Origin: Chrysomallon squamiferum
Taxonomy: Eukaryota > Animalia > Mollusca
DNA length: 64,000 nucleotides
Assembly (NCBI GenBank): GCA_012295275.1
Contig: CM022677.1
Coordinates: 11,842,001-11,906,000 of the forward strand
Direction: 5' to 3'
This document shows, piece by piece, positions 13,640 through 27,512 of this stretch. How positions within the stretch are numbered: position 1 is the first letter of the stretch; each line of letters begins with the position of its first letter. The notes beneath the pieces were generated by a model, which was given only the letters and a program-made list of their open reading frames with translations, was not told where the DNA came from and ran no database searches. A program made the translations under genes and the position numbers.

Positions 13640-14949
13640 TTTATAAAATTTTAAATTTAATATTCTTGATTACGGCTTCATTATGACAGTCTATGCTTTA
13701 AAACCAGTTAGAACAAATAATGTTTTTTATTAAAAATATTTTTACTTCCGCCCATGTAGCATAACCTGGCTATATTTTATTGTTAAACAAAAACTTCAAA
13801 CATTGCTTAATTATTTAATTTGCATAATAGTACAATCTTCTTAGAATAAATAAAGAAAAGTTGAATCTGAAAGCTGGAGACATATTTACTATAACTCTTA
13901 AAAGCAAAGACTGTAAGGGACTTTTTGACTTACTTTGTTTGTTGTCATGTGCATTTTACCAGATTGCCTTAAGTCTGAATTAGAATCCCTGCTACTGCTG
14001 TTTAAATAAACAAGTTTCTTTCTCCAGTTGACTGCTAATGGTGTTTACCAATTACTCTTTAACAAAACATGAGGTGTTAGATTTTACACAAGCAAACCAG
14101 CTTTAATTTTCATTCAGCTTGGAAACATTAAATACCAATTTTTTTAAAGAGATTAATATTATTTTCTTTTCTTGTATTTATTTATTTATTTTTTCCTAGA
14201 TAACTGAGTTATAGAGAAAATACAGATTATGAAAAATTTAAGACATTTCCATTTGCACATTTTTGAACTAATATTTTGAATTTTTCCAAAATGTAAAAGG
14301 CAAATTATAAAATACTCAGAAAAATTTCATTTATGTACATTTTTTTTTTTTTTATTATTTTTTTTTTTTATTGTTTTAAAATTATTATTTCCTATTTTTA
14401 AAAATTCCTTATTGAAATAATTCTATTATTCTTTCTAAAATGGGAAAGGCAAATTATAAAAACTGGCAGAAATGTCTAAACAGAAATAACTGAATATTTA
14501 AGTTTTACTATCTAGCCAGGTTTTTAAGTAATTTCAAATTGAAGATCATCATGTTTCTTCTAATTAAAAATAACAAAGTCATGGTTAATGCAAATCAAAT
14601 TTTAATTTAGTTAACAGTTTTCATTAGAAATATATTATTATTTTTTATATCAAAAAAATTCTAATTGACTCTAATTACATAATACTCAATTATATTTACA
14701 CTGATTACCCCTGATTTAAATAAAATAAAGAAACAAAAATGGATTTCTTTTCTTTTTTTTAAAAACATTCTAGATTTCTTTTTTCTTTTCTATTCTATAA
14801 AAAATTCTTATTACTACTAATTACACAATTTGTGAAATATGTATACAATGATTATCCCCAGCAAACCACTGCTTTTCCCTGAGATAAATAATATAAATAA
14901 AAACAGTTTTTCCTCTGTTTTTTTTTTAATTAAAAATTTATAATTACCG

Positions 14950-17900
14950 CTAATTTAAATATATAAAAAAGATGGGTCTTGCAGCATATTTGACTGAAGT
15001 GCTGGCTAAGGCAGCTTGAATCTGTTGTCTAGGATCCTACAACAAAATATAATATTCATTAATAAACTAAACATAAAATAAAGTGAAAGAAGCATTTTTC
15101 TTGTCAGCTCTAACTGTATTTCACTGTCTTTGCAAGAATAATTTGTCCACATTTGTATTTTTTTCCAATCAATTTTAATAATGAAATCAATTTTTTATTT
15201 TTTATATATTCTTAATTTCAAACAGTTTAATATTATTCTTTAACTTTGCTATAAAAGGTTTAAAAGAGCAAGACATCAGTAAGAGAGACCACAAAAATAT
15301 GTTTGAAAAATTCTATTAACTTGCTAAAATTTGATAATTACACTATTTTAGGCTTTTAGTTCAGTTTACAGTGACTGCCAGGAATATTAAATAAATACAC
15401 ATTTTAAACCTATACAGCTATTACATTAGACAGAGTGAAAATGGTCTTCTGAAGATTCAATCAATAATGAGAGCTGCCCTTCTATTCTGAAATGAGGATT
15501 TGTGGCAGCTCTTTGTTGTTGAAACTAACAGAACATGTCAAAATGTCAAATCAAAAGGGTGCAGTTTGAACTATTGTTTGGTGTGACAAAAATATTTATT
15601 TATTTTGTAACTTCTGCATTTATAGCCCACCCACACCCAGTACATGTACAAAGATATGATATAAAGAGCAAAGAAGAAAAACTCTGCCATGAACTTGTAG
15701 GCAGTTATCACCGTCTGTTACCAGTGAAAGTGCATCTGTACACAGACAAACATCTCCAAGATTACAGACCTCACAAGTTGGAAAGAGCCTCCCCATGCAA
15801 CATCAAACAGTAGGTGTGTAGTGTGTCTGGAAAAGGCCAACAAAATCCCAGGGCTGCATATAAGGACTTTCCCTAAAAGTCAAAAACAGTTTTTAGGTAA
15901 CTTAGAAAACATATATGAGACATCCAAATATAATTTCAGGTAATAATTTGTTTAACAGTGAAAATATATTTGTATTAAAAAAGCTATGTTTGATAATAAG
16001 AAATATATGAGAGAGTATCTCCTCCACGTTAAACTTCTATACATGTGCATTTTGATTTTGTTACTATATGTCTGTAATATATTCTTCTTTGATATAATCT
16101 ACAGTTTATGAGAATAAAGTCTTTGTCACCGTACAACTTTAAAAACACACATTATATTTGTCCTCACTTTTATTTGTAGAATTCCCTAATTATTACTCCT
16201 TTTTTTATTTATAAATAAATAAATAAATAAATAAATAAAATTAATAAAGTAAAAAGACACAGAAAAGTGAAAAGAACCTTAAAATCAGAGCTGTTATTTT
16301 TATAATTGCTGTGTCATTTCATGAGTTGTCTTAATGATTATTCCTTATTGTATTATATTTTCATGTAGGCTGTTCAATTAAGAGAAAATATTTTGCATAG
16401 AATCTTGTGAAAGACTGAAGAAATATTTAAAACTGAAATGAAATGGAAAGGTTTATAATTAATAATGTATTTAAATACCTGCTGGACAGCACCAAATACT
16501 TCAACTCTACTGGAGACTCGAGCTGCTCTTTGTTCCAAAATGTCAATTCGAATTTGTATTTATCAACAATTTCTTCAATATTTTTATCCTTAACAAGCTG
16601 ATTTAACTTCTGAAAATAAACAGTTTAAATCCACAGATTAGTATATTGGTTTATTCAGTTCCTATAAATACATGATGAATGATATGAATGTCATTCAGTA
16701 AATACTGACATTTCCTTGTTATAAAACAATTCAATTAATTAAGTCTGCATGAATCAGTATAATTATAGTAAACAAAAAATTGAAATATAACCTTTTTTAA
16801 ATTTTTTGTTTTGTATTCTAATGATATTTAATGATGCAGTTACCAATTCAAATTATTTACTGAAAGAAAATCTAAAGCTAGACAGATAGCAAATATGTCT
16901 AAAATAAAGATGAATTAAAGGTAAAGTAGAATTTTTCATTCAGAAACACCTTCAACAACATTAACATAGATGTGCTTTTCTTTATGAACTGATTTCACAC
17001 ATACCTCAACATCATTCCTAAAACCAATTTTTGGGAGTTAAAAACAAAACTGTTTTGATTACTGCTAGTACAAATATAAACTAAAAAGAAATAAAACAAT
17101 GCTAATGGAAGTAAACTAAGTCACCTGCTGCTCAGCTTCCAGGCTTTTGTCTTTGCCACTGTCACACACAGTGTGTTTCTTTGGTGGGTGCACTGCCTAG
17201 TTTGAGGAAATAAATAAATAAATAAATAAAATATTGTTAAAAATATAAAATAAATAAAACACTGCTACTACTACATTTACTGCAACACTACATGCTACTT
17301 TTATTATCATCATTACTACAACTAATATTTACTGTTATTCCTTATTCAACTAGGGTTACTGTTATTAAAATAATACTCCTATTACTAAAATTACTATCAA
17401 TTAATAATAAAAGTGATATTTTTTACTTTCTTTACTATTAGTCCTATGTCTGTATTTCTTTAGACTAATATTATTATAATTGCTACAACAACAACTATGA
17501 CTACTGTTACTACTACTATCACTGCTGTTACATTACTCTTCTTGTTACATTTATCATAGCAATTTCTCTAAAAACAACTAGTTAGTACTGCTACTACTAG
17601 TACTACCAGCACTACAACAGTAATCTGACTAGAACCAGTTTTTTTAATCACCATGAGTCTCACAAGATACATTACAAAGCTATGGAGACAGCATCATCAA
17701 CTAAAACATCAGCAGGAACAATTCTGCAACATTACTACAAGTAGTGTCATTACTAATGATGTAACAACTACATTACTACAACAATGACAATGACTAATAC
17801 TACTACTATAAAAACCTCTGTAGATGCTACTGTTCTGCCATATTCTTTGATGACATTTCTCTCCTGTGGCAGTCTCACATAATTAGCTCTTCTTGTGTAC

Positions 17901-17961
17901 AGAGCAGTGTCTGAAAAACATGTTTTCTATTTATTTACCTTTGTAGTTATATCTGTATCGC

Positions 17962-18040
<79 letters not shown>

Positions 18041-18716
18041 GACTAATGAGAAATATATAAGAAATTCACCTGTTAATTTTTCTTTTCTAGTGGCAGCAGA
18101 ACAAACTTTATCCTCAGTGCTGGACATACAAATAAAATAATTAACTGTTATAAATAAATAACTAACGGGCAATAATTTAAATGATTATTATTGTGCTATT
18201 TTCCATCAGTAAAGAGTTGTTACTATAAAACTTACACACGTATAAACTAATAAAAGAACATACCCTGCCACTGTTGAGAGGTTTCTGAAAACATTCTAAC
18301 ACAGGCCTGACACGTTACTTGACACCAGACTGTTGACTCACATTATCAATTGTCTCTTGTATCCATTCTCTGGAAAATGCACTGGATTTGTGTGATACTG
18401 AAGTAGGATATAGGGACCTGGGTGCATTGATCCACTCTGAATCAGGTACAGAACTGTCAATATGGTGAGACATCACTCTCATGAATGTTGCCTTCCTGAG
18501 TCTGTCTCATCTTGTTCAGCTGTAGCTACAGCCTCTGTTTTCTTTTCTCTATTTTCTTTATCTTCTCATCCAGCTTCATTCTCAGAGCTGCTCAACTTCC
18601 TGGTGTTGTCTTTGCCACTGATATGCAGAGCCATCGCAGTCATCTACAAAGTGATTTTGTTTGGAAGCATAGCAGACGAAGTCTTTTTACCAGCATCAGC
18701 TTGTTTCAGTTGAAGT
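14950..18716 (-). pseudogene. Unidentified multi-exon gene remnant: exons about 18264-18716, 18070-18119, 17831-17910, 17125-17196, 16479-16609, 15425-15524, about 14950-15036
   Basis: GT-AG-bounded blocks with chained phases 2-1, 1-0, 0-0, 0-2, 2-0 give ..TEDKVCSAATRKEKLT/DTALYTRRANYVRLPQERNVIKEYGRT/AVHPPKKHTVCDSGKDKSLEAEQQ/KLNQLVKDKNIEEIVDKYKFELTFWNKEQLESPVELKYLVLSS/FNNKELPQILISE*../DPRQQIQAALAS. Stops occur in two exons. Confidence 0.55.
15560..15897 (+). mobile_element. piggyBac-like transposase C-terminal remnant (intronic)
   Basis: Translation ..FVTSAFIAH..EKLCHELVGSYHR..YRPHKLERASPCNIKQ*VCSV..YKDFP*KSKTVF resembles the end of the DDD domain plus the Cys-rich domain of piggyBac/PGBD4 proteins. 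Absent from duplicate copy B. Confidence 0.55.
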
Positions 18717-18724
18717 CTGCAATT

Positions 18725-18736
18725 TTCAGTATTGCT

Positions 18737-18771
<35 letters not shown>

Positions 18772-20792
18772 TATTATCACTATTGCTGATATACTCACAA
18801 ACACACACGTATTATTCTCAGAGTTGCACTTATCACTATTGCTGATACACACACACACTATTATCAGAGTAGCAGTTATCACTATTGCTGATATACTCAC
18901 ACATATGCACACTATATCAAAGTAGAAAGTATCACTATTGCTGATACACTCAAACATATATATACACACAAACACTATTCTCAGAGTAGCAGTTATCAGT
19001 ATTCCTGATAAACACACGCACATACATACTATTATCAGAGAAGGATACACACAAACACAGTATTATTAGAGTAGAAATTATCACTATTGCTGATACTCAC
19101 AAACACACACATACATACTATTATCAGAGTAGCAATTATGAATATTCCTGACAAACAGAGACACAGATGCTATTATCAGTACAATTATCAGTACACTCAA
19201 ACATACACAGACACAGACTATTATCAGAGTAGCAGTTATCGCTATTGATGATACGTTCACACACACAATAACATATCATATTATTGTGCGAGTAGCAATT
19301 ATCAACATTGCTGGTACCCAAACACACACACTATTATCAGCTGTTAGCAATATTGCTGATACTCTCTCACACACACACACACACTTATAATCTCATACTA
19401 TTAACAGTGTAGCAATTATCACTATTGCTGATACACACACACTATTATGAAAGTAGAAAGTATGACTATTGCTGATACACTCACACACACACATATACTA
19501 TTATCAGAGTAGCAGCTATCCCTATTGTTGATACACTCAAACATACACACACACACACAGACTATTATCAATATTGCTGACAAACACACATACACACACT
19601 ATTATCAGAGTAGCAGTTATCACTATTGCTGATATACTAACACACACAAATGCTATCATCAGAGTAGCAATTATCACTATTGCTGATACACAAACACACT
19701 ATTATCAAAGTAGAAAGTATCCCTATTGCTGATACACTCAAACATACACACATACACAGACTATTATCAGTCATCAATATTGCTACAAACACACATACAT
19801 ATACACACATTATTATCAGTGTAGCAGTTTTGACTATTCCTGATACACTCACAAATACACACACACACTCATACTATTATCACAGAAGCAGTTATCACTA
19901 TTTTTCATACTAAAACGTCAAAGACACACACACATAGTATTATCATTGTAGCAATTACCACTATTGCTGACACAGACAAACACAGACACACACAAACACA
20001 CATACTATTATAAAAGTAGCAGTTCTCACTATTGCTGATACACTCACAATCACAGTCACACACACATACTATTATGAGAGAAGCAATTATCACTATTATC
20101 AGAGTAAAAATTATCACTATTTCTGATACACACACACTATTATCACTATTGCTGATACATACACACACACTATTAACAAAGTAGTATCACTGTTGCTGAT
20201 ATACACACACATATACAGATGCATATACACAGATACATACTATTATCAGAATATCATTATTGCTTGCACACTCACACTCACAGACACACACTATTGTCAG
20301 AGTAGCAGTTATCAGTATTGCTGATAGACACACACACATACTACTAGAGTAGCAGTTATCACTATTGCTGATATACCCCCCCACACACACACACACATAT
20401 ACTATTATCAAATAGCAGTACACTCAAACATATACAGACACAGACTATTAACAGAATAGCAATTAGCAGTATTTCTGAGAAACACACACACACACACAGA
20501 TACTTTTATCAGAGTAGAAATTATCACTATTTCTGATACACACACACACACTATTATCAGAGTAGAAATTATGACTATTGCTGATACACTCACACACACA
20601 TATACTATTATCAGAGTAGCAGTTATCCCTATCACACTCACAGACACACACTATTGTCAGAGTAGCAGTTATCAGTATTGCTGATAGACACACACACACA
20701 TACAGACTTATCAGAATACTAATTTTCACTATTGCTCACACACACACACACACACTGATCAGAATAGCAGTTTTCACTATTGCTGATACACT

Positions 20793-20825
<33 letters not shown>

Positions 20826-20880
20826 ACACACACACACAGACTATTATGAGAGCAATTATCTCTATTGCTGATACACGCAT
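18725..20880. repeat. Complex satellite: core actattatcagagtagcagttatcactattgctgata separated by variable (CA)n
   Basis: Dozens of imperfect core copies can be read directly. Confidence 0.95.
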
Positions 20881-21252
20881 ACTCACTCACTCTCAGGAAT
20901 ATAAATATAAGTAAAGCTAAAATTACAAAATTAATTATAAAAGGCTGAAAGACAGACTCAGAGACAGAGAACATGAGAACAAAAGCAAAAAGGAAACAAG
21001 CAGTTTGTACATATGTAAATACTTAATAACAAATACATAATAATTAATACAACTACGAATATATAACAGAACAAAATATTTATATAAATTAAAAATATCT
21101 ACATAAAATTATTTCATAATAAAATGTTTAGTTTATTATTCTTAGGATATGGTTTAACTAAATTGTCTATGTCAGATAGAGAAAGATTAGGATTATATAT
21201 AGAATAATTATTCAAATATTATAAAACTGTATAAAATTTAAAAAACAATTAC

Positions 21253-21588
21253 CTGAAGTAAGTTTAACTAAATCGTCAGTGACAGATATAGAAAGATCAG
21301 GACAATTTCCAATGTCCACATCTTTCAAAGAAAGGAGTTTTCCATGGAAACTCAAACAGCTGGTTGGTTAAACAACTGCAGTTAAGACTTAATTCCTGTA
21401 GTGAACTTGTGACTGATTTGGAATCTGGAATATCTGAAATAAATGAAAAACAGTATTAACAAACCTGATAACTGTATCTCTTAACTATCAGCAGAAAAAG
21501 AAACAAAATTAAAAAAATATAATAATGAGAAATTTGTCAAATCTAGATAGTTACAGAATGAAATATACGTGTTTATGTATATATACAT

Positions 21589-21647
<59 letters not shown>

Positions 21648-21770
21648 TATATATATATTTTACAAATCTAAATTTACCATCAACTGTAAGTGTTAGGTTG
21701 TTAACTTTTGCATCATTCAGACAAAAATCTGAATACAAGATTAAGTGATCCCAGCTGGTAATAAAAAACA

Positions 21771-21824
<54 letters not shown>

Positions 21825-24800
21825 TCACAATGTGCAGAATCTACATTATCAGAAAATAGCTATGAAATTACAGAGAAATACACATTTATATTAATAAAAC
21901 CAGTAAAAATAAATAGATAAATAAATAAATAAGAAAGTTAATAAATTTTAAAAATATATAATGATAAATTAAGATTCTTGAAGCAAAGGTTTCTTCGAGG
22001 AGAGAGAGAAAGAGAAAGTAGGAGAGACAGAGTATCAGTACACAGAGAGAGAGAGAGAGGTTAATAAAATGACATGAATAAGAAGAAGAAAACTGAGAGT
22101 TTTCAGTGTTGTGTTTTCTTTAAGAGCTGGACTGACACAGTGAGAGAAATAATCATTTCCTAGAGAATTTACTCGACACATCCAAATATTCCTGTTTACC
22201 AACAACATTTTGCCTATAGAGTCCTAGAAAAAACCCACACTTAAGTTGTTTAAAAACTATTAACACAAATTGTTAACACTTATTTATTTGTTATTATTGA
22301 ATTGTAGTTAGTAGAAGACATCATAATGTTTTAACAGTAGTAATAGATATCAACAGCAATGGTAGTAGTTGTAGTAATAACAGCAACAGAACCAGTAACA
22401 GTGGTTGAGTAGTTGCCACAGCAGTAGTTGTAGTAGTTTTAGTATTAGTAACAGTAGTAGTAGCAGTAGTAGCATAATTCATAGTTGTACTATTAATACT
22501 AAAAGCAGTAATAGTGGTAAAGTACTAGTAGCAGTAATAGTGGTAATAAATGTAATATTAGTAGTAACAGTACTAGTAATCATAACAGTGGTACTACTTG
22601 TAGTATTAGTAGAAACAGTACTAGTTGTAGTAGTAGTGGTAATAGTTTGTAGTATTAGTAATAACCATACTAGTAGTAGTATTAGTGGTAATTGCAGCAG
22701 GAACAGTAATAGTGATAAGTGTGGTAGAATTAGCTTACAAGTAGATACAATATGGAGGGGTAGTAAATAACTCCAGACACCACAGTAGTAGTAGTAGAAG
22801 TAGTAGATGTAATAATAGTGGTAAAAATAACATTTGTAGTAAAAGTAACAATAGATGTAATAATAGTGGTAAAAATAACATTTGTAGTATAAGTAACAAT
22901 AGTAGAAATAGCAGTGACAGACATAGTGGTAAATAGATATATAATATTATTGGTAATAGCTTTAGTGTGTTGAAAGTCACTGTTAGTAACTATTTTTTGT
23001 TAGTAGAATAATAGTAGTAATAGTGGTAGTAGCAGAAGTAGCAGTATTAGTAGCTAACTGATAATACTGGACAATTACATATACTAATTACTACTATTAA
23101 TAATAATAAAAATAACAGTACAATATAATATCAATAATAATAAGAAGAAGAAAAATAATAATAATAATAAGAAGAAGAAGAAGAAGATGAAGAACAAGAA
23201 GAGAAAATAAGATTTTTTTCTCATAATTATACATATATAAATATAAAAATAATTTGTTATTGGTATAAGCATTATGATTATGTAATGAATATGGAATTCT
23301 TTAAACTGGTTTTATTATAATAATTATTATTATTATTATTGTTATAAACATTTTTATAACAGTTATAATTAAGATTACTCAGAGCAAATAAATGATAGAT
23401 ACATACATAGACAGAGAGAGAGAGAGAAGACAGATAGATTTATAAATAAATAAAAAAAAAAAAAAAAATTAATTGTCTACCGTTTAGAGCATTTTTATAA
23501 ATTAAAACTATAAATAAATTTAAAATAATTTAAATAACCGGTTCTTAAGCAATTTATGTTCAGAATTATCAAAAGAGAATTTACAGAAAGATTATATGTA
23601 ACATTTTTTTTCTTTGTTATACTTCAAAAATATTACAACTTTGACAATAATTGTTAAAAACATAAAGAAAAGAAAGGAAGAAAAAAGAAAGAAAACTAAA
23701 AACTCAACATTAGGAACAAATAAGAAATGATACAAAAAGACACAGATTGTCATACAGACGAACAGATAAGTAAGTAGAGACATAGGTATATAGACAGATT
23801 CTGGGAAAAAAATACACAGACAAACAGAAGAACAGAGAGAGTCAGAAATAAAATAAATAAATATGGAGCAGGCAGAAAGAGAAAAAAACTCCAGTTTTGC
23901 GAGAATATTAGTCAGTCAAATCATGTGATCAAACGTTTTCTGGTTGCTTTATTTCTTACACATTATTTTTACTGAAATACCTCTGGCAATAGATGGTGGT
24001 GTTTCTGGTTTCTTTTCTAGTGTGCCTGGATGTTTCTTGGCACAGGAGTTTGAGTTTTCAGTGGTTGGTTTCGTGGTGTCAGTTTGTCTTGAGGTTAATG
24101 GTAGTACAGGTGTTGTTTCTTTTTCAGTACTGTGGAAATAAAAAAAAATAGAAAGAAAAGAAATTATATATATATTAACAGAAAATCAGACCTTGAAATT
24201 AAGAGAAATCATGTCTGTGATATATAAATACAACTGTCATAAAAAAATGTATCCAAATCATTGGAAACTATTTAAAATACACTAATAGTAACAAGCAAGT
24301 TATCAGAATAATACTGGTTCTAAAAAAATCACTAATAATAATAACTTTCAGAAAAGAGAACATCAACACTAGTAACAGAAATATTAACTCTCTGAGATAT
24401 TACTAGGTAACAGGTTTTATTAAAACACTGAAAAAAAAAGTCTGCTCCCCATTGAATAAAAAGAAACACAAAGAAATATAATAATAAAAAGAATTATAAC
24501 TAGCTTGTAAAAAAAATTATAATTACAATAATAATAATAATAAATAAATAAATAAATAAATCGACACTATAGTTAAAATTATAATAATAATAATATAAAT
24601 ACATACATATACATACAATAATAATAAAAAATAAAAATTATAATTCTTTAAATAAAATGAGCAGGTGAACAAAATTCAAACAAAACAAAAAAATTCATTA
24701 AAATAAAAATTAAGAATTTAAAATATGAAGAAACAAAAATAAAGTATAAAAATAACTATGTACAGAAACTGAAAAATAATAAGTAAATTGTATATTTCAA

Positions 24801-25803
24801 AAATCTTGCTTATTAAAATAACTGAAAATAAATACAGACAAGAGGAACAGTCAAGAAGAAAAAGAAGACTGTGAAGAAATACAATGTAGAAAAATAACAA
24901 GAAACAATAATCATGGTAAATAGGTTAAAAAAAAACAACAACAATAAAATACCTTTAAAGAAAACACAAAAATTAAATAAATAAAAACAATATGAATAAA
25001 CACATGATAAGAAAAAACAAAAAGAAATACACACACACACACATAAATACACCCACACACATATATATTTAAAATATATAAAACAAATAAATTAAATAAA
25101 TTATAGAAAAATAATAAAATGTCATAAAATAAAATATTACTGAAATAGTAACAAGATAAAGAAATAATACAAATTACAGAGACGAAATGAAAAGAATTTT
25201 GAAATACAAATGAAAGATAAATTAAATGTTGATGATGATGATGATGATTTTTATTAGTATTAGTATTAGTAGTAGTAGTAGTAGTGGTAGTATCAATATC
25301 AAATTTAAATAACAATAATCATAATCATAATAATCTTCATAATAATAATAATAATTATAATTTATTCGAAAATTCGTTTTTTGCTGAAATATAGATGAGG
25401 TAATCTGCGTTCTTCTTTATGTTAGATAACAACTGTTAAACAGGCAGAAGACAGTCAATTTAAGAAACAACAACAATATAAACAAATATCAGTTTAGATG
25501 GTCAGTAGTCAAATATAAAAGAACTGTAATTAACATGGACCAACAGAAACGACAATAATGTGTGAAGAAAACAAAACAAAACCCCCTCAAAACATGTAGT
25601 ACGAAAAGGGTACGAGATGGTATGACATCAAAGTTACCAAAAGAAAAGAAAAAGAGTTTCTACCTTTGCAACAATTTCTACTCAATAATAGACATCTACG
25701 AGCCATATTTCTCAAAATTACTTTGAATAGAATTGATTGCATTATGAAGGAGTACACGTTTAAAAGTTTGTAAACACTGATCGGCGTTCAACGCTGCCAT
25801 CAT
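21253..25803 (-). pseudogene. RI-type LRR protein pseudogene (tentatively LRRC41-like), left arm: exons 25664-25803, 23981-24129, about 22085-22223, 21253-21433
   Basis: MMAALNADQCLQTFKRVLLHNAINSIQSNFEKYGS* (2 stops); a Thr/Pro-rich exon; EYLDVSS/NSLGNDYFSHCVSPALKENTTLKTLSF (frameshift); SSLQELSLNCSCL../LLSLKDVDIGNCPDL (frameshift). Most boundaries have canonical splice sites. Confidence 0.65.
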
Positions 25804-26100
25804 GGATTTTGATCGGAGGTTTCCGTGAGCTCACGGAAGTTTTTAAATCTCCAAATTCAATTATTTTACGTCTATTTTCTGAACTTTTTATGATTTACAC
25901 TGATAAAGATAAGGACGGCTATTCATATTACCAAATCATCATGACACGTGCTACTTTTTCAACTTAAACTTTTCAAACTGGATTATTTTTGTGCAAATGC
26001 GTGCATAATAAACTAAAATTATAATTCGGTTAAAGATTAATGTATCAATTTTCGTATCTTAACGGGATTGTCGTGGTTATTATTTAGAGTTACTTCCCCT
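21380..26100. repeat. Left arm of large diverged inverted duplication (partner about 32189-36132)
   Basis: Reverse-complement anchors, e.g. 26085 agagttacttcccct vs 32189 aggggaagtaactct; 25870 tctattttctgaac vs 32481 gttcagaaaatagac; 21390 taattcctg vs 36103 caggaatta. Confidence 0.9.
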
Positions 26101-26617
26101 ATACCCTAAATCAAAGAATTTCAGAATTTCCACGTCAAATTATTTTGCAGAATATCTGACAAGCCAAACGATTAAAAGTTTGCTTCCAGTCTTTTATTTG
26201 TTTCAGTTTTATTTGTTGAAATTAATGTTGAAAGGCGTATAAAGGCTATAATGTATAAACAAAACAAAAAATAATTACGTGAATTTGTCCTTGCATTGTT
26301 ATTTCAGTCGGGCAGCATCATTTGCTGTTTTCACTAATTAAACTGTATTTCAGGACTGTCGTATAATTATGTATCTTAGAAATACTGTAATCAGTACGAG
26401 TCAGGGGAGTAGCCAGGTTTGAAAGTTAAGGGTGAAGGTGCTGAAAGATAAGATTAATGTTCATCAGAAAAAGAGACACATACAGATCAGGATGAATTAC
26501 ATTTAGCTGTAACTTGACGCATTTTGGATGCAGGGAAAGGAATCAGAGATGATTTGATGCATTTTTGTTCAACGGATAGATAGACCAAACAAGAGACCTT
26601 CATATAGATTAAAAGAC

Positions 26618-26652
<35 letters not shown>

Positions 26653-26763
26653 AGAGATAGACAGATAGATAGATATAAAATGAAAAAGGCTGATATGACC
26701 CAGTCTAACCTAATATCAGTCTAATCTCGCGCCCACTCAACTTTTCCTATTATTATTATTATT

Positions 26764-26811
<48 letters not shown>

Positions 26812-26820
26812 ATTATTATG

Positions 26821-26865
<45 letters not shown>

Positions 26866-27407
26866 TATAAAAAATAGAAGAAAACTTAAATGATATTCCG
26901 TTGTGTAAAAAAAGATATTACGTTTATTTTGTAAAACGAGCGCAGTTTACACTATAATAATTGTAAACCAATAATAGAACCTCTACCTACACTGATCATT
27001 TTGCCAGACTAAGAACGTTATATTTCATTAGCAACTTTCGAAGTTATAGTGAAAATATGATAACATGTGATATTTATGTGATATTTCCCCATCGGAATTT
27101 ATGTTGTGTTTACTCCATTAATGAAGAATAATTTGTACTCAGCAAAAGTAACGTAGTGTTTTTGTTAAGACAATACACTATTTACATTGATTATTTTCGC
27201 TGCTTAATTGTATATATATATACTTTACGTCTCACCTAGAAATTAAAAGATGAATATCACTCCATTTATAATTAATTATTTGCTAATATCTGACAATATA
27301 ATCTCAGTTTTTCAATATACACTTGTCTAGAAAAAGAAAATCAATATTTAATTATCAATACAATCTGAGGTACAGCTAAAAAATAACCCTGAGTTTGTTA
27401 TTATCAG

Positions 27408-27512
27408 AGCATTGGAATCTGGAAGGCCTCTTTATTTCTGAATTTCTCAATATCCTTCTTGAATGAGATGATATACAGTTAGCTATACGACAAATCATAC
27501 TGAAAATTACAG
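27408..27512 (+). pseudogene. Isolated 105-nt pseudo-exon (HWNLEGLFISEFLNILLE*DDIQLAIRQIILKIT)
   Basis: Bounded by atcag|..|gtatga, symmetric phase 1-1, with a single TGA. Family unknown. Confidence 0.3.

Noticed and set aside
18725-20880. Repeat-spacer architecture reminiscent of a CRISPR array
   Set aside because: Spacers are just variable (CA)n, repeats are degenerate, the context is eukaryotic, and no cas genes are present.
22330-23090. Long (GTA/TAG)-rich tract giving Val/Ser/Thr-rich ORFs (also 34975-35530)
   Set aside because: Degenerate trinucleotide low-complexity intronic DNA shared by the inverted arms.
26402-26417. caggggagtagccagg, resembling a hAT-type terminal inverted repeat
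   Set aside because: No matching opposite terminus or TSD found.
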